Positions 51,351 to 61,531 are shown, counted from the stretch's first letter. The stretch is DNA of 64,000 bases from Geopsychrobacteraceae bacterium (GCA_963662315.1 OY759353.1:2016001-2080000), one strand, 5' to 3'. The notes: generated from the letters alone by a model not told the origin. Numbers and translations: made by a program.

Positions 51351-51766
51351 GCGATATAAATTGCAGGCAGGATCTTATTATCGCTGACTTTTCTGAGTTT
51401 GATGACAGCTTCGACCGTTATGCCTATCTTATCGAGCTGGCGGCGGCACACCCTGGGTTACCAACAAGCAAGAAGATTCCCGCTCTGGCTGTCAGCGGTT
51501 GTCAGTCCCAGGTCTGGCTCGATATAGACTCTCACGATTCAAAACTGATCATCGCTGGCGACAGTGATACTCTGGTGGTACGCGGTATACTCGCCATCAT
51601 TATCAGCATTCTTTCCGGGCATTCCGCTAAGGAGATTTTAGCCGCTCAATTGTATGTCTTTGAAAAAGCCGGTCTCAGTGAAGCTCTTCCCCGTCAACGT
51701 CAGGAGGGGCTGAGGGCAATTCTGCAAAAGATCACTGACTTTGCAAGCAAGAGCTTAGACAGTTAA
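51347..51766 (+). CDS. sufE: SufE/CsdE-family sulfur acceptor
   Basis: RYAYLIEL, GCQSQVW, GDSD..VRG; overlaps the sufS stop. Confidence 0.9.
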   Translation: MSDINCRQDLIIADFSEFDDSFDRYAYLIELAAAHPGLPTSKKIPALAVSGCQSQVWLDIDSHDSKLIIAGDSDTLVVRGILAIIISILSGHSAKEILAAQLYVFEKAGLSEALPRQRQEGLRAILQKITDFASKSLDS

Positions 51767-51970
51767 GCTGCAATTCAAAAATCACGACCAATCACATTTT
51801 TAGCCATGGGTATTGAATTCCATGGCTGCTTCGTTTACAACCATACCATTTGTAGCGGTCACTTCCTGGCCAGAGCGATTATCCCGCAACCTGACAGATC
51901 GGCGTGATGCTGATGCAATTTCAGGTGAAGCAGCCATACCTGCCATGCGCAGCAGACAGGAATTTATCTT

Positions 51971-53167
51971 ATGACGACACTTGGAACCCCCTTTTCCGCA
52001 ACAGCAACGCGAGTGATGCTCTGTGGATCCGGCGAACTGGGCAAAGAAGTAGCTATTGAACTGCAGAGACTCGGCTGCGAAGTTATCGCTGTCGATCGCT
52101 ATGCCAATGCTCCGGCCATGCAGGTTGCGGATCGTAGCCATGTTATTTCCATGCTCGATGGACAGGCATTGCGTGCCGTTATTGAGCAGGAAAAGCCAGA
52201 TTATATTGTTCCTGAAATAGAGGCGATAGCGACTGATACGCTGGCCGAACTGGAGCAGGAAGGGTTCAATGTTGTCCCGACAGCCCGGGCCACCCAGCTG
52301 ACCATGAACCGTGAGGGGATCCGGCGCCTTGCGGCAGAAACTCTTGGCTTGCCTACGTCCAGTTATCGCTTTGCGGCCAGTAAAGAAGAGTATCTCGTGG
52401 CAATTCAGGACATCGGCTTGCCGTGTCTGGTCAAACCGATCATGAGCTCTTCCGGCAAAGGGCAGAGTATTATTAAAAATGCTGATACCGTCGATGCGGC
52501 CTGGGAATATGCCCAAGAAGGCGGCCGCGCCGGCAAAGGCAAGGTGATTGTCGAAGGATTTGTGGATTTCGATTTTGAAATTACACTCTTGACGATTCGC
52601 CACAGTGATGGTGCCGGCCAGACCACGACCAGTTTCTGCGAGCCGATCGGCCACCGTCAGCAGGACGGGGACTATCAGGAGTCCTGGCAACCACAGCGGA
52701 TGTCTGAACTGGCGCTGCAGCGTGCCCGGCACATTGCCAAAGCGGTTACCGACGAACTTGGCGGGCGCGGCCTTTTTGGCGTTGAACTGTTTATTAAAGG
52801 GGACGACGTCATTTTCAGCGAGGTTTCTCCACGCCCTCATGATACCGGCCTGGTCACCCTGATCTCTCAGGATTTGAGTGAATTTGCCCTGCATGCCCGG
52901 GCCATCCTCGGCCTGCCGATTCCGAACATTGTTCAACATGGACCTTCAGCCTCAGCAGTACTGCTGGTATCCGGCGAATCGACCCAAATGCAGTATAGCA
53001 ACCTTGCCGCTGCTTTGAATCGCCCTGATACTCAACTACGCCTGTTCGGTAAACCGGCAGTCAGTGGTAAACGCCGCCTGGGCGTCGCTTTGGCCCGCAC
53101 CTGCGACATCGAATCGGCCCGCGCAACTGCCAATGCCGTTATCGCCGACATCAAGGTCACCCTTTAA
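51971..53167 (+). CDS. purT: Formate-dependent phosphoribosylglycinamide formyltransferase
   Basis: [39 protein letters not shown]. Confidence 0.97.
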   Translation: MTTLGTPFSATATRVMLCGSGELGKEVAIELQRLGCEVIAVDRYANAPAMQVADRSHVISMLDGQALRAVIEQEKPDYIVPEIEAIATDTLAELEQEGFNVVPTARATQLTMNREGIRRLAAETLGLPTSSYRFAASKEEYLVAIQDIGLPCLVKPIMSSSGKGQSIIKNADTVDAAWEYAQEGGRAGKGKVIVEGFVDFDFEITLLTIRHSDGAGQTTTSFCEPIGHRQQDGDYQESWQPQRMSELALQRARHIAKAVTDELGGRGLFGVELFIKGDDVIFSEVSPRPHDTGLVTLISQDLSEFALHARAILGLPIPNIVQHGPSASAVLLVSGESTQMQYSNLAAALNRPDTQLRLFGKPAVSGKRRLGVALARTCDIESARATANAVIADIKVTL

Positions 53168-53272
53168 ATACAAAAAACAGCCAGCAGGCATAATGGCACT
53201 GCTGGCTGTTCAGTTTTGTCCCTTGCGACAACCCAGTTTCAGATCGGAAAATGGCTGATTCCGGTTGAAAGC

Positions 53273-53782
53273 TCAGTCTGCGTACTGACCGCGCAGGTAT
53301 CTCCACCCAAACAGATCAAGCATCCAGTAAGACACCCCAGGCAAGGGGTTATCGTAATAGGGCTCAATCCGCTCAAAACCAAGCATCTCGTACAGGCGAA
53401 TCGCTGCAGACAGAGAATCGAGGGTATCAAGCAGCATTGTTGAATAACGTAATGCGACGGCTCGCTCGATCAATCTTTCGGCCAGGCGCTGTCCCAGCCC
53501 CATCCCCCTGGCAGCAGGACGGATGTAAAGTCGCTTCATTTCACAAATACGTTTATCGGGCGCCCCGAAAGCGCGCAACGCGCCACAGCCCAGTAACTCC
53601 AAACCATCTTTCGCCAGCAGTAAAACCCCGGATGGGGGTGCATACTTGCCCGGTAATTTCAACACCTCATCCTCAACGCCCTGGAAGGTCAGATCAACAC
53701 CTAAAGAAGCTGTATATTCACGAAACAAGCTCCGTACATGATCTACATCCTGCGTTGACACGGCATCAACGATTTCGATCAT
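53273..53782 (-). CDS. GNAT-family acetyltransferase
   Basis: LPGKYAPP, CEMKRLYIRPAARGMGLG, LYEMLGF. Confidence 0.9.
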   Translation of the reverse strand: MIEIVDAVSTQDVDHVRSLFREYTASLGVDLTFQGVEDEVLKLPGKYAPPSGVLLLAKDGLELLGCGALRAFGAPDKRICEMKRLYIRPAARGMGLGQRLAERLIERAVALRYSTMLLDTLDSLSAAIRLYEMLGFERIEPYYDNPLPGVSYWMLDLFGWRYLRGQYAD

Positions 53783-54050
53783 AGTCTCTCCCACCAAAGA
53801 AAGGTCCTAAAACCTTCTTCATTTCATCAGAAATACACGATAAAAAACTTACGCTCCACCCGGTGCGCAATGGCTTCAGATCAGAGATCTCAAAAGCCAC
53901 AAGGTTATTACACATAGAATTGAAACAAATTATCCTGTGGTCGCGAAGTTGTGACCACGCCAACATGTTGCAGAACAAAGTCCCTTAAAGACAGGGGAAT
54001 TATAAATCCAGCCTGACAACCCGCCGCCCGCAAGTTTCATCAAAACTGGT

Positions 54051-54339
54051 TGTGGATAACCTGACAGGTGGTGAGGAAGCAGGAAAATCACACCACTGAT
54101 CAGGGAGTAATCTATTTTAAAAAGAAGGGAATTCTTGGTAACTTACACTTTACGGCCACTCTAACATGTTATTGCTAAAAGGAAAAGTCATCCGAAAGCG
54201 AACATTCTCAAAGGTCAATATCCACAGACTGCCAAGGGAATCATAAAAGACGAACCTCCCGGCCAACAACTGCGGCTACACACAGAAAAAGCCGGTCGTC
54301 AAACCGGCTTTTCCACAATTGTTCACAACTTTATCCACA
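54051..54339. promoter_or_regulatory. Cluster of DnaA boxes
   Basis: TGTGGATAA 54051, ATATCCACA 54218, TTTTCCACA 54309, TTGTTCACA 54319, TTATCCACA 54331. Confidence 0.65.
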
Positions 54340-54347
54340 AGGAACAG

Positions 54348-55307
54348 TTAGTCGCCAATACCAAGCATTTTATCCATCATCTCAACAAGATATGGAATCT
54401 GGGGCTTCGTCGCATAGCCGTCAGCTCCAACCTGATCGCACTTGCGTGCCATCTGTTCGTTAATCAAAGACGAGAACATGACAACGTTCACCGCACTTAA
54501 AACGGGGTCCTCTTTAATTCTCTTGCACAGAGTCAGACCATCCAGCTTGGGCATTTCAATGTCTGAAATCAAAAGATTCAGATGGTCTGTAATTTTTCCG
54601 GTTTTAGCGACCAACTGCTTCAGTTGCATGATCCGTTCGTAACAATCCTGACCATCGACAAAAACTTCGATATTTATATAACCGGCGCTTTTAAGGATTC
54701 TTTGAATGCCGTCTCGAATCAGGGATGAATCCTCAGCAAGCATCAAGCGCTTGTTTTGGCGCAGTTCAGGCAGACTGAGTCCCGCCGCGGTTGTATTAAT
54801 CTCAGCATTATAATCAAGAGCTGATTCCGGATCAAATTCAGCCACGATATGCTCCAGGTCAACAATAAGAATCTCGCGGTTATCGATGTTGATACTGCCG
54901 GTAAAACGAGGATGATACTGGTCAATAAAATTGGCCATCGGTTGAACATTACTCCAAGTAACGCGATGAATCTGATTGACCCCATCGACCTTGAACCCAT
55001 TGACCCGGTCATTAAATTCACATACCAAGACAACATGTCGCACATCATCCCTGGTCGCTACCCTTTTTTGTCCCAGATGCCCCTTGAGATCAATCAGGGG
55101 AATCGTACTACCTCTGAGGAGTAAAGTACCCAGCATACCAGGGGCGCTGCCCGGAACTGCGGTTAACGCGGAATCATCAAAGGGTATAATCTCTTTTAAT
55201 TTATGAACATTGATGCCGAAAGACTGGGTTCCAAGATAGAATTCAATAATTTCCATCTCATTGGTTCCGCTTTCCAGCAATATTTCCTGCCTCTGGTAAT
55301 CATTCAT
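54348..55307 (-). CDS. cheV: Chemotaxis protein CheV (CheW plus receiver)
   Basis: ILLESGTNEMEI, FGINVHK, AEDS, SDIEMPKLDG, FSSL. Confidence 0.93.
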   Translation of the reverse strand: MNDYQRQEILLESGTNEMEIIEFYLGTQSFGINVHKLKEIIPFDDSALTAVPGSAPGMLGTLLLRGSTIPLIDLKGHLGQKRVATRDDVRHVVLVCEFNDRVNGFKVDGVNQIHRVTWSNVQPMANFIDQYHPRFTGSINIDNREILIVDLEHIVAEFDPESALDYNAEINTTAAGLSLPELRQNKRLMLAEDSSLIRDGIQRILKSAGYINIEVFVDGQDCYERIMQLKQLVAKTGKITDHLNLLISDIEMPKLDGLTLCKRIKEDPVLSAVNVVMFSSLINEQMARKCDQVGADGYATKPQIPYLVEMMDKMLGIGD

Positions 55308-55470
55308 ATCCCGCCACTCCCCAACAAAAGTTAGCAAAAATTAATTTCTTATTTGATCACCTTCCTTTCCTTTTGTCAATATGGCCCAGAAAATTAGCAC
55401 TGCATGATGATAGTTTTTCAGGTATAGTCACTGATTAACAGATTAGATTCTAGCAGTCGTGAGGTTATGA

Positions 55471-56571
55471 ATGACAGATATGGCCCAAACTCATTACCGC
55501 CTTGGATTGAACTACTATCAAGGCAAAGGGGTCGAAAAATCCTTTATTGAGGCGATGAAATGGTTCCGCCTGGCGGCGCAGCATCACCATCCCAAAGCAT
55601 TATTCATGCTCGGCCGTATGTATGACGAGGGCAAAGGAATCGGCAGCAATCCGGCAGAAGCCGTAAAATATTACGAAAAAGCAGCGACTCTCGGCTATGC
55701 CCGCGCCCAAAACATGCTGGGTCAGGCATATATCAAGGGACGCGGTGTTGCCATTGATTACAACCAGGCATTGCACTGGTTCCGCAAGGCAGCCGATGCG
55801 AACTTTTCGGACGCTCAGTACAACCTCGGGCTGATGTATGCCAAAGGGCATGGTGTTCCGAAGGATTTTATCGAAGCGAAGCGCTGGTGGGGACTGGCTG
55901 CAGACCAGGGCAATCCTAAGGTTCAGTTCACCCTTGGCCACATGTACCTGGTCGGTAAAGGGGTGAAAAAAAATTACTCCAAAGCCAGACAATGGCTGAA
56001 ACAAGCCGCCGAGCAGGGCTTACCGACAGCCCAATACCACCTTGGCATGATGTACGCGCGCGGTACGGGTGTCTTGCAAAATACCACGGAAGCCTGTAAT
56101 TGGCTGCGCAAGGCAGCGGAGCAAAATTATCTTGATGCAATCTACCACTTGGGTCGACTGCACAGCTCAGGCAGTGAGGAGGTTAGAGATCCTCTGACTG
56201 CGGTGGTCCTTCTTAAACAAGCCGCAACCCGGGGCCATGAGCGCGCCCAGGTACTGCTTGGCCATCACCTTGCCAAAGGGCTGGGCACTGGGCAGGATCT
56301 GCAACTGGCTTTTCATTGGTGGACCGAAGCCGCGAAAAATCATAATAATGCGGACGCGCAATATAATCTCGGCATTATGTATCTGAATGGCAAAGGGGTC
56401 GAGATGAACGCCATGGAGGGAAAAAAATGGCTGACCATGGCCGCAGATCAGGGACATACCAAGGCCCAATATTGTCTGGGAGTTATGTATTCAACCGGCA
56501 AAGGGGTGCCACAGGATATCGACGAAGCGTTCCGCTGGAAAGAAGCTGCCGAGTTCTGGGAAGCACTCTGA
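55471..56571 (+). CDS. Sel1-repeat protein
   Basis: About ten 36-aa repeats of the form AQYxLGxMYxxGxGV...W..KAAEQG. Confidence 0.92.
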   Translation: MTDMAQTHYRLGLNYYQGKGVEKSFIEAMKWFRLAAQHHHPKALFMLGRMYDEGKGIGSNPAEAVKYYEKAATLGYARAQNMLGQAYIKGRGVAIDYNQALHWFRKAADANFSDAQYNLGLMYAKGHGVPKDFIEAKRWWGLAADQGNPKVQFTLGHMYLVGKGVKKNYSKARQWLKQAAEQGLPTAQYHLGMMYARGTGVLQNTTEACNWLRKAAEQNYLDAIYHLGRLHSSGSEEVRDPLTAVVLLKQAATRGHERAQVLLGHHLAKGLGTGQDLQLAFHWWTEAAKNHNNADAQYNLGIMYLNGKGVEMNAMEGKKWLTMAADQGHTKAQYCLGVMYSTGKGVPQDIDEAFRWKEAAEFWEAL

Positions 56572-56621
56572 TATAACCAGTAAAAAAGGTAGAATGCCCA
56601 ATAGTTTTCTACCTTTTGTTA

Positions 56622-57497
56622 TTACAGATAATCCAATATCGACAGTTGGGACAACCGCGAACTTACCGACATAGCAGCTTCGTAGCCTTGTTCAGCCTGG
56701 GCAATGCCAGTCATAACTTCCACCAGATCAGCATCTTCATAGTTGGACAGTCGTTCCTGCATCTGTAATTGCAGATTGCTCAGCAATGTCGAAACATCAT
56801 CCATACGACTGTTGATATTTCCCATTTCACTGCGTTTACCGCGTATCTGTTCTGCAGCGCCTTCCAAAGCGGTCAAAGATGTTTCCAGGCCAGCGGTATC
56901 GTTTGAGGACAAAGCGTTTTCCAGGTCATCAAGGACGCTAAAAACATCCATCGGGGTGGTAAAAACTTCATCGCCGGTCAAATTGCTTTGCACCGATTGG
57001 CCACTGCTGATTTCAACCATCTTATGGTCACTGGTTCCCTGGAAGGTCACCGGATCGCCACTGAAGGGTTCTGTCTGTTCTGCATATCCAGCAAAAATAT
57101 ACTTTCCATCGACCTGGGCATTGCCAATATCTAAAAGTGCGGCTTTCAATTCCCTGACTTCATTCGCATAAGTTTCAAGATCATTATCATTCACAGAACC
57201 GTTAATCGCGGCCGTCGCAATTTCTTTGGCTCTGACCATGATATTTTCAGCACTGTCAAGATAACCATCAAGAATATCGAGCCCCCCCTGGACATCGGCA
57301 ATACTTTCCTTATAGCGGGTTGATACATCGATGGCGGTGCGTGAGCTGAAAATCGATCCGATTGCCGAAGGATCATCAGATGCGTTTATAACTTTTTTCC
57401 CCGTGGAAGCCTGGAGATAAAACTCAGCCATGTTGGCATTGCCTTTATTTAAAGTGGATTGCAACGTACGATATAGCGACGTTTGTGTAACTTTCAT
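56622..57497 (-). CDS. flgL: Flagellar hook-associated protein 3
   Basis: STGKKV..ASDDP, GKYIFAG, C-terminal LSILDYL. Confidence 0.93.
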   Translation of the reverse strand: MKVTQTSLYRTLQSTLNKGNANMAEFYLQASTGKKVINASDDPSAIGSIFSSRTAIDVSTRYKESIADVQGGLDILDGYLDSAENIMVRAKEIATAAINGSVNDNDLETYANEVRELKAALLDIGNAQVDGKYIFAGYAEQTEPFSGDPVTFQGTSDHKMVEISSGQSVQSNLTGDEVFTTPMDVFSVLDDLENALSSNDTAGLETSLTALEGAAEQIRGKRSEMGNINSRMDDVSTLLSNLQLQMQERLSNYEDADLVEVMTGIAQAEQGYEAAMSVSSRLSQLSILDYL

Positions 57498-57505
57498 GCT
57501 TCACC

Positions 57506-58900
57506 TCACATGGCTATCAAAGTATCCATTAATTCATCGACAGTGCTGACAAAACGCGCCGCTGCCTCATAGCCGGTCTGATACTGCACCAGCATCAGTA
57601 TCTCTTCATTGATTGAAACACCGGCGACCGTATCGCGCATATTCTGCATCTGCATCAGCGAATCCCCGGCACTCTCCAGTGCGGCCTTATTTTGGCTGAC
57701 ATCCAGACCAACGCGGGATGCGATGGCTGCATAGTAGTCATTTAAAGTACTGCTGCCATTAACCAGAGGTTCGTCTTGCAGCTTTACCATGTTGAGAGTA
57801 TTGCCATTGTCACCGGGCTGATTATTGGGCGCGGCGATAACGCCTGCAGCCACCTGCCGGGGATCGGTCAATGCCATGGTCAGGCTTGACGCTGCCCCAC
57901 TCCAGGCGTTGGGACCGGAACCTGAAATGGAAAAAAAATCAGTTCCGGATACGCCATCAAGATCAACTCCGCCGCTATGGACGGAATTCACAGCGGTCGC
58001 CAGGTTGTAAGCAAGGACATCGATGTCATCTTTGAGTTCGGGAATGTATTCATCGCGCATCTCCAGCATGCCACCGATCTCGCCGCCGAAATCACTCCGA
58101 TCCAAAACAGAGTTCTTCACACCTGAGACAAGACTCACCTGCAGAGTCCCTCCCACCCATTCCGTTTCCAGAGAGCTTACCGTGTCGGCAGAGACTAAAG
58201 GTTGCCCGTTACTCATCTGCACGGATACCATGCCGTTTGCTTCTTCATAATAATTGACACCGGCGACTTCAGATATTTCCTGTAAAAGAACATCGCGACG
58301 ATCACGCATGGCATTGGCCTGGACACCACTCGATTCCGCAGACAGAATCTGCACATTTAGATCGGCAACTTCTTTTAATTGCTCATTAAGTGACGAAATC
58401 TTTCCCTTGATATCGTCGTTGACACTCTCCGTCACCGCATCCAAATCACCAACCATGGACTGAAACGATGTCGCCAGGGCTTCCCCTGCTTGCATGACCT
58501 GCCGCCGTTCAAGCGTTCCGGACGGATTGTCACTCAGTTCTTGCCAGGCGTCGAAATAGGCATCCAGGTCGGTTGACAGACTGCTGTTACTCACGCCAAC
58601 CATGCGTTCAATCTCCGCCAGGATCAGACTTTTTGAATTTTCCTCACCATAACCGGCTTTTTTATAGGTCAACTGCCTGGATATAAAGCCATTGTTTTCA
58701 CGGTTGATGGCGCTTACGGTTGCCCCGGAACCGACCATTTGCCCTTTAAACTCAAGGGTCGGAGAAGATGAAACAACCAGCCGCTGGCGTGAATACCCTT
58801 CGGTATTGATATTGGCAACGTTGTTACCTATCACTTCAATACCTTTCTGACTCACTGTCAGACCGCTCCCCCCAATAAATAAGGAACTCAGCAGGCTCAT
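57506..58900 (-). CDS. flgK: Flagellar hook-associated protein 1
   Basis: GNNVANINTEGYSRQ, DRRD, GVSINEE..YEAAAR. Start taken at ATG 58900. Confidence 0.93.
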   Translation of the reverse strand: MSLLSSLFIGGSGLTVSQKGIEVIGNNVANINTEGYSRQRLVVSSSPTLEFKGQMVGSGATVSAINRENNGFISRQLTYKKAGYGEENSKSLILAEIERMVGVSNSSLSTDLDAYFDAWQELSDNPSGTLERRQVMQAGEALATSFQSMVGDLDAVTESVNDDIKGKISSLNEQLKEVADLNVQILSAESSGVQANAMRDRRDVLLQEISEVAGVNYYEEANGMVSVQMSNGQPLVSADTVSSLETEWVGGTLQVSLVSGVKNSVLDRSDFGGEIGGMLEMRDEYIPELKDDIDVLAYNLATAVNSVHSGGVDLDGVSGTDFFSISGSGPNAWSGAASSLTMALTDPRQVAAGVIAAPNNQPGDNGNTLNMVKLQDEPLVNGSSTLNDYYAAIASRVGLDVSQNKAALESAGDSLMQMQNMRDTVAGVSINEEILMLVQYQTGYEAAARFVSTVDELMDTLIAM

Positions 58901-58901
58901 C

Positions 58902-59258
58902 TCAGACCCTTCCTGTGTGCAACAGCCCCATGGTTTGCACCTCAATCTGGTGCCCATGACGGCCATACATGGTAGAGGACAGTTCCCGACGACAACTGGT
59001 CATCGTCTGGCGCAGAAAATTCAGCGTTGCGGAAAGCAGCCGGGCATTGCGACGATTCTGGCTACGCAAACTGTTCGCGAATGTCTTGAGTCCTTCCGGA
59101 CAGGGACCTGAGTGTGTTTTCAATTCCATAAGCAGCACCCCTTTTTGATCCTGGAGAACCTTGAGTTCTTCCACCCGCAGTTGAATCGCATATTCCCGTT
59201 CCTGGCAGATCAACTGCTGCAATTGGGTCAATTTCTGGAACAAATCTTCATGCGTCAT
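58902..59258 (-). CDS. flgN: FlgN-like flagellar export chaperone
   Basis: Helical, NxRNxxLL motif, Y-G near the C-terminus, directly upstream of flgK. Confidence 0.7.
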   Translation of the reverse strand: MTHEDLFQKLTQLQQLICQEREYAIQLRVEELKVLQDQKGVLLMELKTHSGPCPEGLKTFANSLRSQNRRNARLLSATLNFLRQTMTSCRRELSSTMYGRHGHQIEVQTMGLLHTGRV

Positions 59259-59285
59259 AGCTCTGCCCTTTCAGCCCCTGCGACA

Positions 59286-60554
59286 TCAGCGCTTCAAACT
59301 GATCAATTCCTGCAGCATCTCATCCGTGGTGGTAATGATTTTGGACGATGCTGAATAGCCATTCTGGATTGTGATCAGATCAACAAACTCCTGGGCCAGA
59401 TTGACGTTCGACATTTCCAGCCTGTTGGTATAGATATAGCCTTGAGAAGCTCCAGACGTACCGACACTCGGTTCCCCGGAGTTGGCGGTTGCCGCATAAA
59501 GGCTGCCACCCTGTTTTTCAAGTCCTGCCGGATCATTGAAGGTTGCAAGCGTCAAACTTGCGATTTTAATTTTGTCTCCGTTGGAATAGCTGGCAACAAC
59601 TGAGCCTTCGTCATCAATGGAGACGTCAACGACCTCTCCTGGTGGATAACCATCCTGATGCTGAGAAATGACTCGCGATGAATTATTGCGTTGGGTGGTA
59701 TCGAAGGTGATTTCAACCTCTTGGCCTGTACTTGAACCATTGGTCCACATAATTGCCCCGGCCACGGTATTGCCAACATTGCCGCTCACCAGATCGCCAT
59801 GCGTGTCAAACGTCAAGGTTCCACTCCCGAGTTCGGTCAGGTCAGTAGCCGCAGCAACGGATGGATCCAGCTCGTCACTATCGACAACCATATGCCATTC
59901 CCAGGTGTTGGCTGCTGTTTTCGTAAAGTAGGTTGTTACGGTATGGCTGTCGCCAAGGGAATCATAGATCTCGGTTGAGGTAGAATAATTGGCCGTATCA
60001 TCCACATTGGTGATATCGAAAGCCCCGATAACGTCTGAGGCGGAATCAAGGTTTGTAGTCAGAGTCAGTTCACTGGTCTGCTTGGCGGCAATCTGACTGT
60101 TAAAATCAACCCTGATATCCTTGGGATCGCCTCCACTTAAAACGCCATCTTCATAAAGTTTCCCCTGGACCCGATAACCAGCGTCGTTCACCAGATAGCC
60201 ATCATTGTTAAAAAAGAATTTACCGTTACGCGTATAATTGACTTCAGCTGCATCAGGCGCGCTGACCATGAAAAAGCCGTCTCCATAAATGGCCAGATCC
60301 GTTGAACTCGACGTATCGGCGAAAGACCCCTGGCTGAAAACTGAGGTTACCGACGCAATCTGCACTCCACGACCGACCTGAGACTGACCGCCAGAGCTTG
60401 CGATGCGCGCAGAAAGCACATCTGAAAACCGGGTAGCGCTCGATTTAAAACCAATGGTATTACTGTTGGAGATATTGTTACCGGTCACGCTCATCGCTTC
60501 AGAATTGGCTTTCAGGCCGCTGATTCCGGTATAGAGGGTACTGGAAAGACCCAT
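59286..60554 (-). CDS. flgE: Flagellar hook protein
   Basis: GNNISNSNTIGFK, DLAIYGDGFF, YTRNG, LEMSNVNLAQEF. Confidence 0.95.
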   Translation of the reverse strand: MGLSSTLYTGISGLKANSEAMSVTGNNISNSNTIGFKSSATRFSDVLSARIASSGGQSQVGRGVQIASVTSVFSQGSFADTSSSTDLAIYGDGFFMVSAPDAAEVNYTRNGKFFFNNDGYLVNDAGYRVQGKLYEDGVLSGGDPKDIRVDFNSQIAAKQTSELTLTTNLDSASDVIGAFDITNVDDTANYSTSTEIYDSLGDSHTVTTYFTKTAANTWEWHMVVDSDELDPSVAAATDLTELGSGTLTFDTHGDLVSGNVGNTVAGAIMWTNGSSTGQEVEITFDTTQRNNSSRVISQHQDGYPPGEVVDVSIDDEGSVVASYSNGDKIKIASLTLATFNDPAGLEKQGGSLYAATANSGEPSVGTSGASQGYIYTNRLEMSNVNLAQEFVDLITIQNGYSASSKIITTTDEMLQELISLKR

Positions 60555-60589
60555 AAGTGCCTCCTTGTTGATTAATTTTTATTGCTGAA

Positions 60590-60853
60590 TCAGGCGATTA
60601 CAGCGCTGTCGATATTGGTAAATACGTTCTGCTGCAGTTGCTCCCAGCCAACAATGGTAATGACCTTGGCATTGGCAACGCTGACCACCATAGCCAGTTG
60701 CTCCAGCAGCACTAAGGACAGCTGCCCACCCTTGTTCGCCAGGCATGTCACGGCCCGCTCAAGCCGTTCCAAATCCTGTGACGACAGGACCACCTGACGC
60801 TGCTCCAGCCTCTGCTGCGCATGCCGTGAAAAATCGAGACTCGGGTTCATCAT
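60590..60853 (-). CDS. Flagellar operon protein (TIGR02530-like)
   Basis: FSRHAQQRL, KGG..SLV, NVFTNIDSAVI; lies between flgD and flgE. Confidence 0.85.
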   Translation of the reverse strand: MMNPSLDFSRHAQQRLEQRQVVLSSQDLERLERAVTCLANKGGQLSLVLLEQLAMVVSVANAKVITIVGWEQLQQNVFTNIDSAVIA

Positions 60854-60871
60854 ATAAACACTCCTTTGTTC

Positions 60872-61531
60872 CTAATGACTGACCACGGAAGAGATCCCAC
60901 TGAAGGGGATATTCCCGGCATTTGTCATCAGGATGCTGCCGGAAGCATCACAACCGACTTCGTCTACAACAGTCTTCACCAACGTCTGAACAGACAGGTC
61001 TTCTCCGTCCGCATCGGTACCGTTGATTTTCATCGTATACAGTCCCTGCGGTACCTGTTTCCCTGAGTTATCTGTGCCATCCCAGGTTATGAAGTTGTAG
61101 CCTTTTTCAAGGTCATTCATGTCAAAGCTGGCCACGACCTCGCCATCTTCATCAAGAATGTCCATGCTGACATCCTCGGCTTCACCGGACAGGCTAAAAC
61201 CAAGTTCCACGGACTTTCCCTGTAAATAGAAGTTATCCGTAGCAACAATGACCTTCTCGCCCAGCAGCGAAAATGCTGACATCTGCTCGATATTGCTTTG
61301 CGCAGAGAGAAGAGAATCAAGCTTCTCATTGGTGCCTATCTGCTGTTCCAGAGAACTGAACTGGGCCATTTGGGCAACAAATTCGGCATTATCCTGAGGG
61401 TTCAGCGGATCCTGGTGTTGCAATTGCGCCACCAGCAAGTTCAGAAAATCTTCTTTTCCCAAATTATTCTTCGCGCTGGGCAGCTTGTTTGCCGCATTTG
61501 CGGCGCTTTCAGTTACAGAGCTGATTGCCAT
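60872..61531 (-). CDS. flgD: Flagellar hook capping protein
   Basis: LGKEDFLNLLVAQLQHQDPLNP, AQFSSLEQ, WDGTD; GGAG RBS before ATG 61531. Confidence 0.94.
   Translation of the reverse strand: MAISSVTESAANAANKLPSAKNNLGKEDFLNLLVAQLQHQDPLNPQDNAEFVAQMAQFSSLEQQIGTNEKLDSLLSAQSNIEQMSAFSLLGEKVIVATDNFYLQGKSVELGFSLSGEAEDVSMDILDEDGEVVASFDMNDLEKGYNFITWDGTDNSGKQVPQGLYTMKINGTDADGEDLSVQTLVKTVVDEVGCDASGSILMTNAGNIPFSGISSVVSH

Noticed and set aside
50109..51766. sufS-sufE as the housekeeping SUF system
   Set aside because: No sufB, sufC, sufD or scaffold gene is adjacent; the context is an accessory GntR-linked operon.
53800..54347. oriC
   Set aside because: No origin-linked genes, no evident DnaA-trio/DUE and no strand switch. 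Kept only as a DnaA-box cluster.
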